DNA of 64,000 bases, taken from contig CM119371.1 in NCBI GenBank assembly GCA_051294905.1, positions 23,934,001 to 23,998,000 of the forward strand, read 5' to 3'. A model generated the notes under the pieces. The model saw only the letters and a list, made by a program, of their open reading frames with translations. It did not search any database and was not told where the DNA came from. Shown piece after piece: positions 13,001 through 24,319 of the stretch (position 1 is its first letter; each line of letters begins with the position of its first letter). The DNA is from Botryllus schlosseri. Taxonomy: Eukaryota. The translations under genes and the position numbers were made by a program.

Positions 13001-14061
13001 GTGATAGAAAGTCGTCGTTTTCCTCGGGCCAGAATATCGTTCCTTCGTGAATACAACTAACAGGGCGTATTCAGACGTAAGTAAAAGGGGTCATTTTGAT
13101 ATACGACTTCACAGAAACACGGGCTGCCCTCAGACACGACTTCATAGGATTTGCTTGACAATAAATCTGCCCACTGCCGGATTGGGTCGAAGAGGTCAAG
13201 CACGATCGCCGCTAACGAATACGGAGGCGTAGAGACGTAGCGCAATGCATTTTCACGCAGATCGTGTAGCACGCGTGAGGATAGCAATACCTCAATAGTT
13301 CTACTGGCAGCCACCTGCAGTTCAATTATACTTTCAACAAACCAAGGGTACAACCTCGGCGGCCAAGCGAATAGGTTTGTTAACGGATATAATTTGATCA
13401 ACCTTACTTCTCAATACTCATACTCGTTGAAAGTATCACAACGCTGTGCTACATTTTATCGGAAATGCCGGCACGATACCTAACAATCACAATGTGAATT
13501 GCCATGTTTGAAATTCGAATTTGGAAACGCGAACGCCAATAGACACTTACGTGACCTTTGACACGAACCAATCAGGTTGCAGCAGGATGTAAACGAACAT
13601 CAAGCCCGGGCAAACTTACTATGATTTCTTATGGAAAAAGGTTGTAAAATGAAATTTTTTAGCAAAATGACATTGAATTGGGGAAAGCTGGCTTTGGTGA
13701 ATGGTAATAACGTAGATATAGTACGTGTTCTAACCTGGAGCACACATCAATGGTGGCAAGCACGCGTCAGCATAGAATGTACAAATGAATCGATTTCTGA
13801 CAACTTTTCGGATGAAGCTACTATTTTTGAATTATCCTTAGTCGTATACAAACTATAGGATTTTCGTACCGAATAGCATGTATTAGAGGAATCTTGAGAC
13901 AGGATAGGTGGGGTATTCATTATGTGTGCTCGGTGTTGTATGCGTTCTATTTATTGAATCGTATATGGTATAGTCTGTATCATTAACTAGCAAATTACTG
14001 TTACACTGGACACTTGTCCGCATATTCTATAATCAACATATAAATATAATATATGTTAGGC

Positions 14062-15260
14062 CAGAGGTGGGCAATTATTTTCCTCCGCGGGCCAAATGAG
14101 AAGTAGAAAAAACGTTGGCGGGCCGAGTGAAAATTTTTAATTATATTCGCGCGCGTATTGTAATTTTATTTCTAAATTATATTGTTAGTAAATGTTGCTC
14201 AGTGAATATGGAAACAATGTTAAACCCCTGTCCTCGTTCTTCAATTAAGATTCTAAAACAAGCTTTTTTAGGCACGCCTTCCTTTATGATAGTGGCAAAT
14301 TTCGCGTCCACCTTATCATAATATAACAAAATATTTAAAAGTCTAACGAGAATGCTACCAATCCCAACGGATATTTTGATGGCATGGAAGGTTTTGGCTG
14401 TTGATGGCATAATTCTGAAATATCAAATTCGGGGAACACACAGAGCAAAAACGAGATGATGGTGGTAAATCGCGTGGAGCGCGAAAAATTTTATCATTAA
14501 TCTTCGGCTTTACGCCACCCTTCTGATGCTTAAACGCCCCCCCCCCCCCGAGAACCACTGCACTGAAATGTGTATGCAATAGTACGAAGCTTGTTTTCTT
14601 GGTCGCTACCTTCCGAGCAGTGTGCAGTTTAAGTAGCCCGACTTTACTTAATATCCTTAATCTCGGCGACATGCTCGGCAAAAACTAAAATGACAGGTTC
14701 CCCCTGACTCCAGTATACAAATAATTAGTGCTCTAACCTAAACCTAATCCTTCTTGGAATCTCAGTTTACGGCTTTTATTTATTGCATGCTCGGTAATCC
14801 TTTATGGGTGATAGATATGACGAGTCGTATCGTAATCTCGAGCACTGATTGACTTGTTTTAGGAATCAGGGATTTGGCAACGTATCACGTAACAATTTGA
14901 AACACATGCCGTATAATGTCACTGTCATTGTCAATGTCACAGTGACAATGGCAACGAAGGTTTTAACTAAACTAAATGGAAAGAGTGATTTTTGTGACTT
15001 CAATTGCTACTCATGATTTGCCACATTGCCTTTATTTTGAATCTGGATTACGCATGCGAGGTAAGTGGGCAGCTTAATCGTGGCATATTAATGAACAGGC
15101 TCCAAAGTAAACGAATTTCCTGTTCATTTAAGACAGACTATGGTTTTAGTCATGTAAAAAGCAAGTTGTATGTTTTGAATTCGAAGCAACCTTTCGCGGG
15201 CCGCACAAAATGGCTTCGCGGGCCGCATTTGGCCCGCGGACCGCACTTTGCCCAGGTCTG
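14062..15260. mobile_element. hAT-type MITE
   Basis: CAGAGGTGGGCAA ... TTGCCCAGGTCTG ends, perfect 8-bp TSD TGTTAGGC, subterminal GCGGGCC motifs. Confidence 0.85.
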
Positions 15261-15336
15261 TGTTAGGCAATATGATCCGTTCCCGGCTGAAATCGTCATT
15301 TTTGTTCTGGCTCATGTATTGAATCAATCATGATAA

Positions 15337-15540
15337 ATGCCGCATAAACACTGTACTAATAGCCTGTGTAACTTGGAGATTGCTACCCAGACAGTTCCTG
15401 GTGTGCGCTTCTACCTTTCCCAGAGCCGATAACATGTACGGAAGAATGTAAAATCTGGATAAAGGCATGTGGACTTAGTTATAGTCATCTGAATTCTCAT
15501 TTTATTAATAAAATGACGTATGTATTATTGTACCAAAAAT
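15337..15540 (+). pseudogene. THAP-like zinc-finger remnant of a DNA transposon
   Basis: Frameshifted translation MPHKHCTNSLCN..YPD..PGVRF.FPEPITCTEECKIWIKACG...INKMTYV matches the THAP C..C..FP..W..C/H pattern. Confidence 0.55.
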
Positions 15541-15559
15541 GTTGAATCATCACATCATT

Positions 15560-15915
15560 TAGATAGAAAAATTCTGCGTTTCAAAATTTCAAAATGAGTC
15601 CAATCTGAAATGCAGTCACACTGCTTTCGTTGTGGATGCCATATTCGACTTGGTGTGTGTCTCATATTACTCCGCTCCAGTGTTTGTTGCTTGAAGGTGT
15701 GTAATGGATTGAAATTGTTGAAAGCAATATATTCAATAATGAGATAGATAGTTGATGACATTGGTATACCTACATGTATATATCTGTCCTAAAGAAATAG
15801 AATACACTAGGCCCGATTTTGACATAAATCTCCTGACTGGACATCTTCCGTTGAACGCGGTATCTAAACCACCTTGGCGTGTACGACATATTTCCTTCAT
15901 AACATCGGCCGACAA
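15560..15915 (-). pseudogene. Possible YqaJ/lambda-exonuclease-like remnant (ISL2EU/Kolobok accessory ORF)
   Basis: Fragments KSGLVYS and RKQCDCISDWTHFEILKRRIF resemble YqaJ motifs (GLV.. and CDF..WT...RI). Heavily decayed. Confidence 0.35.
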
Positions 15916-16149
15916 CTATATAAAGTTCGATCTCTGTGTGACTGCTGGAGCGTGAAACCCCTTTGGAAATTTCAATAAATTGCAGCTCCATTATGGCGGC
16001 GTTCTGAAGAAAATGGCTGCGGCCAAATATGTTTTTCGTTTTGCCCTTCAATTTGAGATCACGTCATTTTTAGAGTGCAGTGCCCCTTTAAGAAAAAAAA
16101 AACGCCGTGCTCATTGCGATTACATTCACAATATCAATCTGTCTATATC

Positions 16150-16490
16150 ACATGCAACTTTGAAAGGATTGATGGATTGTGGTGCACTAACGTTTGTGCG
16201 AGAACTATTCACATGGAGCTATGGTGCACCACGAGATGCTATCATGGCAGAAAAGGGATTCGCTTCGCCATTGAGTCTGAAATCAAGAAATTAAATCAAG
16301 ATTTTAATATTCCAGCACATGATTTGGCACAGCGTCAAATGTCGGGGCCAAACTGTTCCACAACAAGAAAGATGGCGAGGCATCGTATTCATATTAAACA
16401 ACTGATCGGTAGAATCAAGGAGAATAAAATTTTGTCCGGTGTCATACTTAGCAGCATTGTGTGTCAACTAACCAAATATAGACTAACTAG
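16150..16490 (+). pseudogene. ISL2EU/Harbinger-type DDE transposase C-terminal remnant
   Basis: TLKGL..GALTFVRELF, DAIMAEKGF, NIP...RQMS..TRKMARHRIHIKQLIGRIKENKILSG are characteristic DDE_Tnp_4 motifs, frameshifted. Confidence 0.75.
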
Positions 16491-16582
16491 CTTACTCTAA
16501 TTGAAGATTAAAAATTAAAAATGAATGACGCAACATATTCGGCTATCGTGCAAATTCAGTTCCATTGTGAATATCGTAATGC

Positions 16583-17056
16583 CTAATAGCATGCTTCGTA
16601 AAGTTGTGGTCCTGGCATTTGTTTCCAACTGAAGCGTTCAGCGAAATTCTCAATGACTTCCTCTTTGTCCGTGCGACTGTTGGGATACCATTGTATGAGG
16701 GAATCCATCATATCTCTCCAAGTGTCTCGTTCGTTGGCATTGTAGACGCGAGATAGATTAAGAGCTTGTTCTATTCTGCCCGCCTTTTCGAGTTTACTCC
16801 GTAGAGCTTGATAGAATAATTTATCTCTTGGTTCATGGCCACTGCCCGTGTTGGTGTTATTGATTTGTTTTAATATCCACGTAACTAGTGGTTTGTCTTC
16901 AGGATCGTCTAGGCGCTGTACGAGTTCTTTGAATTTATCCGTATCTGGCAACAGGTGTTGACGTCTGCCTGGTGTTAGGCATTTCAGCTGATCTCTGGTT
17001 AGCTCGTAAGATTCTTCTTCACCGAGTATTGTAAAACCAATCCAATGACGTTTACG
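16583..17056 (-). pseudogene. Putative gag/capsid N-terminal fragment of the retrovirus-like element
   Basis: Frame is open from about 17056 to 16583 with no ATG at its 5' end. The pattern LRSKL..A..TWRDMMDSLIQWYP..F..WKQMPG..LYE resembles retrotransposon gag (TW..L...Y ... Q..GE...Y). Confidence 0.45.
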
Positions 17057-17092
17057 TCACAATTACAGCACAATTACTCAACAATTAATACA

Positions 17093-17590
17093 CAATTACA
17101 TCAACAATACACAGGCTTCAGCATAAGGTATGTTCCAACCGGGTTGCATGCTTATCACTGCATATCATAGGCCCTTTACTTGACAATTACATCAATAATA
17201 TACAGAATTCAGCAAAAGGTATGTTCCAACCGGGTCGCATGCTTATTACTGCATATCATAGACTCTTTACTTCACAATTACATCAATAATATACGGCATT
17301 AAGCAAAAGGTATGTTCCAACCGGGTTCCATGCTCATTACCGCATATCATAGGCACTTTACTTTGCAACTACGGTACAATTACTTCAACAATTACATCAA
17401 TAATATACGGTGTTCAGCAAAAGGTATTTTCCAACCGGGTTACATGCTTATTACCATATATCATAGACACTTTATATCACAATCATAACATGACTACTCC
17501 AACAATATACAATATACATACTTCAGCATAAGGTGTATTCCAACCGGGTCGCATGCTTACTAATTACTGCACATTGTAGGCACATTACTT
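17093..17590. repeat. Tandem repeat, about 91-bp unit, about 5 copies
   Basis: CAATTACATCAA...TTCAGCAAAAGGTATGTTCCAACCGGGT.GCATGCTTA.. starts at 17093, 17184 and 17275; two more diverged copies follow. Confidence 0.9.
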
Positions 17591-17953
17591 ATGATTGTGT
17601 CAGAAGCAAATCGCTCTTCATTTTCACGTTTACATTCATGAATTCATTCTATACAAAGGCACATGCTACACTGGTATCAATAACCCCATTTATGTTTCGG
17701 ATACATCAAGGCAAGTATTTCCTGTTCAGTATCGTAATACATTATCATGTTATCGTGTCAAATACACACATTGTACAGTTACAATACTGACAAATTAACC
17801 GTCACAATTTTCAATTCATATCCCAAAATATTAATTCACGTTTCATTAACTCATTATACATCACAAATGTTAATTCATGTCTCATCAATGTCTGCACACA
17901 TGCTATTGTGCTGCCTCGACTCTCCAGAATGTTCGCCGGCGTTTATTTAATAA

Positions 17954-18041
17954 TTATTCACAAATTCTCGCCTTGAATTACTTTATTCACAAATTCTCGC
18001 CATGAATTACTTTATTCACAAATTCTCGCCATGAATTACTT
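17954..18041. repeat. Tandem repeat, 29 bp x 3
   Basis: TTATTCACAAATTCTCGCCATGAATTACT repeated three times (one substitution). Confidence 0.95.
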
Positions 18042-18548
18042 TTTGTCAGTATTTTTCGAACAACTTTATATTCCTTTGACCTTTTCCCCCCTTCTTAATC
18101 AAACATACATAAATATCATTTTCATTTCTGCCAAAGCGCTCTCACTACCCCCGCGCAGCATATTGATTGTTCCTAACAATTCCAGAACGTCTTCCATTTC
18201 AGTCTCAACATTTGATTACAAATATAACAGTCGTATGTAATTAGTACAAAATTCCTTATTCTTCTTTCCGAATCATGTTTGATTTTCTTAATGCCATCCA
18301 AATTATCCATTAATTTGTTTAGTACGGCAAAATTTTCCAACAAGAACCAAAATTGTTCTTTTTCTTCGATATCTTATCCATTTTTCTCTAATTTTATCTC
18401 ACCCTACTTCGCTTAGGCATATCGTCTGGGAAGCGACACAACACAGTCAACGTGTAAGCAGCTCAATCGTAATCGATCGAATAAGATTGTTACACAATAA
18501 ATTACCGACAAATGCATCAATTGACATATACCACAAAACAGCCTAAAC

Positions 18549-19674
18549 TAGGGTTACCATATTTTTGGTTCACAAATTCCGGACGCTCTTCAGCGCCCAC
18601 TAGCGGATTTCAAAATGAGGTGTGAGCGAAATGTCGATCAATATGACGTTACACCAGCATCGCTTTGTCTATCGACTGGAGGTGGTCGCGATCCGGTTCA
18701 GGAGTATGTGGTTGTGTATTGTATGTTGTAACCTGGGCCGAAGCAACATATTTTCAGCCCCATCCCGCCCAAATAAACACTGATCTTGGGCCCATCATAG
18801 GGTATTCGATGCAACTTCTGGGGTTTTACCATATGCATCTGGTGTTAAATGATTTGAATGAATTGTGTCAATAATATTGGTTCTTCCATATATTACTGTA
18901 TAATTCTAATCCTCTCTCCACCGACATAATCAGAGTCAGCGGTAGAATTGAGCTGATGTAGGATGATGACTTCGAAAATGCAAGGGGCGTGATTGTACAT
19001 CGTTAAGTCATGTTCATGTCACGTCAATAAGATTATTTATCAGCCTAATGCGGGTGTGCACTTCACCACTGAGCTACATAAACACCGCACATCCGGTGGT
19101 TTCCAACCTTTTATGGTCGCGAATCCATTTCCAATTTGAAAATGTGCCGTGGCCCAGCTCAAAATTTGATGAGCTGATTACTAATTAAAGGTCGGCACAT
19201 TTGCCCAGACTTACTCATTGCCTATTTGGAAGCTAATTACGTTCAACATCTTCGCGAACCCCAGAATAAAGGCAAACTACCATCGTTTTTGAATAAAGCA
19301 TCCAAACGACCTAAAACGACGACTCTATGAATACCGTTATCTTGTAATCGCGATTACAATTAGACTTCTTTTTGTAAATGAATGTTATTTTTATTTATTT
19401 CTTGATCGCAGTTTTTGCGAGAGCGATAGTCCCATATTAAAACCAATATATATGATACTAAATCGCGCCTAGCGCGAAGAAAAATTTCATGTAGCAAAAA
19501 TCTACGCAAAAATAGTCTTGTTTAGGTTGATTTACGAAGAAAAAAAAGATTGAGCTTACTTCAAGCCTTCGAAATTCCGGACATTTAGGCATATTTTAGA
19601 AATTCCTCCCGGACGCAGTTTTAACAGTGAAATTCCGGACATGTCCGGGAAATTCCGGACGTATGGCAACCCTA
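18549..19674. mobile_element. hAT (Tip100-like) MITE inserted in the non-coding region of the retro-element
   Basis: TAGGGTTACCATA ... TATGGCAACCCTA TIRs, perfect TSD GCCTAAAC, AAATTCCGGAC subterminal repeats. Same family as 53375-54497. Confidence 0.92.
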
Positions 19675-20249
19675 GCCTAAACCCTAATCGCCGCGATGAC
19701 CTGTTACTCTGACCCCTCATTTGCTGACTTAGACCTAGGAGGAATAAGGCTGACAGATTGATCCAAACATGGCCATAGGCCAGTCTTAATCAACGTGTCC
19801 TAAGGTGTGTCAAGTTCAAGCTTTTCTCAAGTCGTCCCATCACAGCATTCAACCCTTCATCCTTGTCTGGTTTATGTTGTCTTGACGACAACATCACCAG
19901 TCAAAATGTCGGGATACGCCGTTTAAAGACACGGAGTCCAACTCTCGCCATTCTCACCTTATTCCCCACTTCGAATTTTATCCAAACAACCAAATGTTGT
20001 TACTAATCAATTGGAGCTATCAATAGTTATTGCCCATGCATTATGCACAACCGGTTTCCAATTGAGCCCCCTTCCAGCAGGCAAAACCTTCTCCGTTGGC
20101 AATGAGATGTTCCTACCTAGTTAGTCCTATCTATATAGACCCCCCAATCCCCACAATTTATTACATATATACACTTCTCGAGCAGGTCTGTCGATGGGAA
20201 TGTCGACCGGAGGTTCATAGCAGCGTTTGGCGTGCACTAATCACCCTAA

Positions 20250-21524
20250 AAGCCGGGAAAACTAATTGAACATATTAGTTTAAATCTTTGTCTTTCGGCT
20301 TTTGATCCGTGTGCTGTTGCAGTCTATAGTCTGCTGTAATATGCAGTTTTTGTCTTCCTCGTGGCACAAGTCGCAGTGCGTTGCGGCTAAAACACAGACT
20401 CGTGTTCTCTTCAAGGCTGCTCGCAGCTCTCTTTTCGTCTTTTTACCAATGGATAGCATTTCCAGTCGTTAGGATTCTTCCGTCAGATTGCAAAGTGCCT
20501 TTCGGGATTTTCTTCCTTCCATCATCTCTTTACTAGCAAGCATAACTCCTTTGGGCAATTCTTGCTTCGTTTCTCCCTTCAATACCTTTTGTTCATTGTG
20601 TCTCATCATTCGCGTTTTTTTTGAAGAGTTGTTGGAGATTAGGCTCTATCATATGCATTAGTATTTCGCACATCCTGACATCCTGCCAATGTTCAGGATC
20701 ATTTCGTATCTTCATACGCTTGTATCTTTCGAACGCCGCCTTCGTTTCTTTGGTTATTTTGATCGACGAATTAGACTTTTCTCGAAGTATTCGATTGTAT
20801 CTTTTTCGAGCTCTCTGCGATAATTGCGATTTGTCCACAGTTTCGATAGCCTGTTCTTCTTCTGCACTTGTCGACGGCCGACTATTTACTTGTCTCGCAG
20901 GCGTTACGACTCCCTTTGGTGATGCGTTACTTGTCAAAATCCATTTCATGACTGATGGTGACTCGTTCTTTCCAACTGCTCTGGCCATACCTCTTGTCAG
21001 TACCAGATTCTGTTACCGAATATGTAGCATGTGCTATTGTATCATCAGGCGATATCTGTTCAGACACCTTCTTCCTGGAATATCCATAGATCTCATGTAC
21101 CATGGCATGTGAAACACGACAAAATCGGCGCTAATATCCTTCCTTGAATACCAATGAATATCATGTAGCGTTGTTCCAGATTTCATGTCAATTACCATGT
21201 CACACAAATTTGTTTTACATGAGTCGTCGTTATAAATTCCATTTTAAATATTGTATGTTACAATCTGTTTTACATCCCACGATTTTATTTCTCACATTCG
21301 ATATCGTCGGCCCACTTCACACCCTTTGTTGGTTTGGCTTGATATGCCGGCAGTGCTATCGCCGCCATTTTAACGGCTTCGGGTAGTATCTTTTTCCCTT
21401 CGTGAATCAAATTGCTATTCTTGATTGACCACATACGTTCTTTTTTATTACTTCCCACCTCAATGACGGATGCAATCTCTGTTTGTTTTTGTGGCACTGC
21501 GGGTGGCATTGTAATAGGATACAT
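20250..21524 (-). pseudogene. Decayed accessory ORF(s) downstream of env
   Basis: ORFs 21285-21524 and 20593-20988 are linked by protein-like sequence broken by in-frame stops and frameshifts, and it continues to about 20250. No family recognised. Confidence 0.45.
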
Positions 21525-24148
21525 ATCACTATTAGCACTGCTATACCAATGGCTGCTGGAATCAATAATGGCTTGAACAGTGATCCGAATACGCTTCCGA
21601 ATATACCTCCGACTGTTTTACCAACGCCACTCACTATCTTCTCGCCTTCATTAATGACTGTCTCCAACCCAGTTCCGACACCTTTAGCAGTTTTGACAAC
21701 TACATTTCCGAGACCTTTAGCTATTTTACCTGACGCGTCAAGCACCCGTTCAATTCCCGATCTTCGACCATACCACGTTTTTTCTTCATGTTTTATAGTC
21801 ATACTTGCATTCTTGATCTTTTTCAGTTCTCGGTGTATAGCACTATTCTCTATCTTTCTTATCGTCAGATTGCTATTGGTATCGTTGACAAATGATTCTA
21901 GCGGCTTTTCGAATTCTTCAATGTTGACATTTTCCACAGGTATTTTCATTCTTCTTGCAAGTGTTTTCAGTTGTATTATACCCTCTATAATATTCAATTC
22001 AAATTTGACATTACTGGGTACATGTATGTTCACTCGCAGCAATTCCCTGCTAACCATATCATCAGCCGCTAGATGAACTCGCGCCATTCTTTCCAGCATG
22101 TGTATTTCCGAAACTAAGTTCTTCAAAGTAATGGAACCATCTCCATTTCCCATCTGCACTAAGGTCGAAAGAGTTTTGTCATCTTTGTCTGCTAGCCGAG
22201 CTGTTTCAAATAACTTTACTTGCAAACTGGTTAACATCTTCATTAGTTCAGGCGTCATTTTGTGCATATGCCGAAGATCTACCGCAGTTCTTGCTAGATT
22301 CTTTGCATCATTACGAAACCTTTCTCTAATTTCTTTTTCCAGGCTTGCCACATGTGCATTGACGGCCGATTCTATTTTAGTGGAACCCCATTGTCCTGTA
22401 GTTGCCAATCGTATAATTCTGGAACCCACCGCTAGCACTTGCCTCTTTGACATTGTCTGATTGTTAGCAGAGTCCGATTTTCCTGTCATTGTCTTAAAAC
22501 AAAATGGCTGAACAGGATATTTTTCTTGCACATTCACATAGTAACGTGTGTCATTCCAGTACCTAAGTTTTGTAATTAGAGGAACAAAAGGATGGTCGCA
22601 CTTATATTGTCGTGCTTTCTTGGTGTTTTCCGTTTGTAACAGTATTAAATCCTCTTCCAAAACTCCGTCATAACCTCCGGATCTTGGTGGCCAATCGGTT
22701 TCGTAGTCCGACCAATATGTATCCATAATCGATGCATTGCCTTCATTAATTCCTCTTCTCGGTAGTCCCAAGCGACATAAAGGAGTTCCAGTTAAGGTCT
22801 TGTTAGGTATTCCATCTATTACTTTCAACCGTAGTCGATTATTCCAGACTCTCTCGTGGTCTCCCGTGTAAACAACCGACCCCCATCTATGTAGCATGTG
22901 AAACGTAGCGAACGGTTTAAACCTTTTACCCGTCTTTACTGCCCATGTCTTATAGTATTGTCGTGTTTCTGTCAATGTACTATTGATTTCGTCCTTTTCT
23001 ATACTGGATATATTCGGGTTTGCCCAGATATTGTTAACGTATTCTTCCATCAAAGCCAACTTTATCCTTGCCAAATCCTCAAATATAAATTCAGCACGGG
23101 TCCGTTGTATGTGTATTGCCGCACTTCCTGTAATGCATTTCATTTCTTCATGCATCCTTTTAGGGCTCGTTTTATTAAATCGCTTATCTGTTTTTCCCCA
23201 GGTCATGACTAGATACGGATCGGCCTTTAGCGTCTCGGGTCGTATTCGAGACGATTCTTTGCCATAGAACGAACAATCTATAGTCCATTCTGTCCTTATT
23301 TTCAGCGCATGGTGAGTCCATTTGTCGAAAAATCCTTGCCACAAAGGTAGTTTACTGTCATAGGAATAATTGATTGAATATGACCAACTTATTCGGCTGA
23401 GTTGCCACCTAATTCTCCTCTCTTTAAAGTGCACTAGCCTCTTGGTAAAGGCTTCTTTCTTAGTCGTACAATTAGCATGTACTTCGGCAAATTCTTGGAA
23501 TAGCAACGAAATTTGTATGCGATATGCCGTGAAGAATTCCACCAAATTGAGGACTGTAATATCTTCTTCATTCCATGACCTCACATTATTCGATTCCGGA
23601 TCCCAATTCCAATCATACCATTGGTACGGTTTATTGTTCCGAACATAAATCACGCTCCGATCAAATACTAGAGGATGCAATTCAGGCAATATCTCAGATC
23701 TTTTCCGGTATGTTGTCGAGTTGTTTGTTTTACATTCGGAGATATACTCGTCATGGGACGAGAATATTGTGGTATTAGGGAAGTATTTTTCCACATAATT
23801 CACAGATCTTGATCTTACTATTATTCCATATGTACTAGTTGTAAAATCCGAAAGAGTGTCATCCTTTTCGTCACATTCCGATGTCATGTTGTACTTGAGT
23901 CCCTCCCATCCGGCTATAGGTACCCATTCATGAGTAGCGTTATTGCCGTGTAACGATTCATCATAGACTTCAGTCTGTAGCCATTGTACCTTGTCTTCTA
24001 TGCCAACAATTGTAGATCCGAGCCCGGGATTATAGGTTGTTTTTTCATCCGTCTGGTTCGTTTTCGATCCTTCCGCGTCCAGCAGAACGCAATAAATGAC
24101 CATGATAATCCAGCAATAGACAACAGAAGCAATGCGAACGTGGCCCAT
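21407..24148 (-). CDS. Envelope-like type I membrane glycoprotein (913 aa)
   Basis: N-terminal hydrophobic signal peptide, many N-x-S/T sites, basic sites YRKRS and SKR, a helical heptad-like region, a Gly-rich amphipathic membrane-proximal segment, TM PLLIPAAIGIAVLIVICILL and a short tail. Lies downstream of pol. Confidence 0.8.
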   Translation of the reverse strand: MGHVRIASVVYCWIIMVIYCVLLDAEGSKTNQTDEKTTYNPGLGSTIVGIEDKVQWLQTEVYDESLHGNNATHEWVPIAGWEGLKYNMTSECDEKDDTLSDFTTSTYGIIVRSRSVNYVEKYFPNTTIFSSHDEYISECKTNNSTTYRKRSEILPELHPLVFDRSVIYVRNNKPYQWYDWNWDPESNNVRSWNEEDITVLNLVEFFTAYRIQISLLFQEFAEVHANCTTKKEAFTKRLVHFKERRIRWQLSRISWSYSINYSYDSKLPLWQGFFDKWTHHALKIRTEWTIDCSFYGKESSRIRPETLKADPYLVMTWGKTDKRFNKTSPKRMHEEMKCITGSAAIHIQRTRAEFIFEDLARIKLALMEEYVNNIWANPNISSIEKDEINSTLTETRQYYKTWAVKTGKRFKPFATFHMLHRWGSVVYTGDHERVWNNRLRLKVIDGIPNKTLTGTPLCRLGLPRRGINEGNASIMDTYWSDYETDWPPRSGGYDGVLEEDLILLQTENTKKARQYKCDHPFVPLITKLRYWNDTRYYVNVQEKYPVQPFCFKTMTGKSDSANNQTMSKRQVLAVGSRIIRLATTGQWGSTKIESAVNAHVASLEKEIRERFRNDAKNLARTAVDLRHMHKMTPELMKMLTSLQVKLFETARLADKDDKTLSTLVQMGNGDGSITLKNLVSEIHMLERMARVHLAADDMVSRELLRVNIHVPSNVKFELNIIEGIIQLKTLARRMKIPVENVNIEEFEKPLESFVNDTNSNLTIRKIENSAIHRELKKIKNASMTIKHEEKTWYGRRSGIERVLDASGKIAKGLGNVVVKTAKGVGTGLETVINEGEKIVSGVGKTVGGIFGSVFGSLFKPLLIPAAIGIAVLIVICILLQCHPQCHKNKQRLHPSLRWEVIKKNVCGQSRIAI

Positions 24149-24276
24149 TCTGAGTTCACATGTGGTAAATATATTTCAAATATGTTGTTCTTTTCCACCG
24201 TACTTGTTTCAGTCACACTCGATATGTTCGCTTCCGACATGGGTATTCTAACTAGTATCTGTAAAATGGATACCAT
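23998..24276 (-). CDS. Small single-TM protein overlapping the env start (92 aa)
   Basis: ATG start, hydrophobic WATFALLLLSIAGLSWSFIAFCW followed by polybasic TRKDRKRTRRMKK. Confidence 0.4.
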   Translation of the reverse strand: MVSILQILVRIPMSEANISSVTETSTVEKNNIFEIYLPHVNSEWATFALLLLSIAGLSWSFIAFCWTRKDRKRTRRMKKQPIIPGSDLQLLA

Positions 24277-24319
24277 TGTTATTATTGTATTCAGTGCTAA
24301 ATGTCCAATTGCACAAATA

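Noticed and set aside
17093..18041. CRISPR-like array
   Set aside because: Units are contiguous tandem copies with no unique spacers, there are no cas genes, and the context is eukaryotic.
18050..20140. Primer-binding site and LTR boundaries of the retro-element
   Set aside because: No convincing tRNA 3'-end complement or second LTR copy could be identified by eye.
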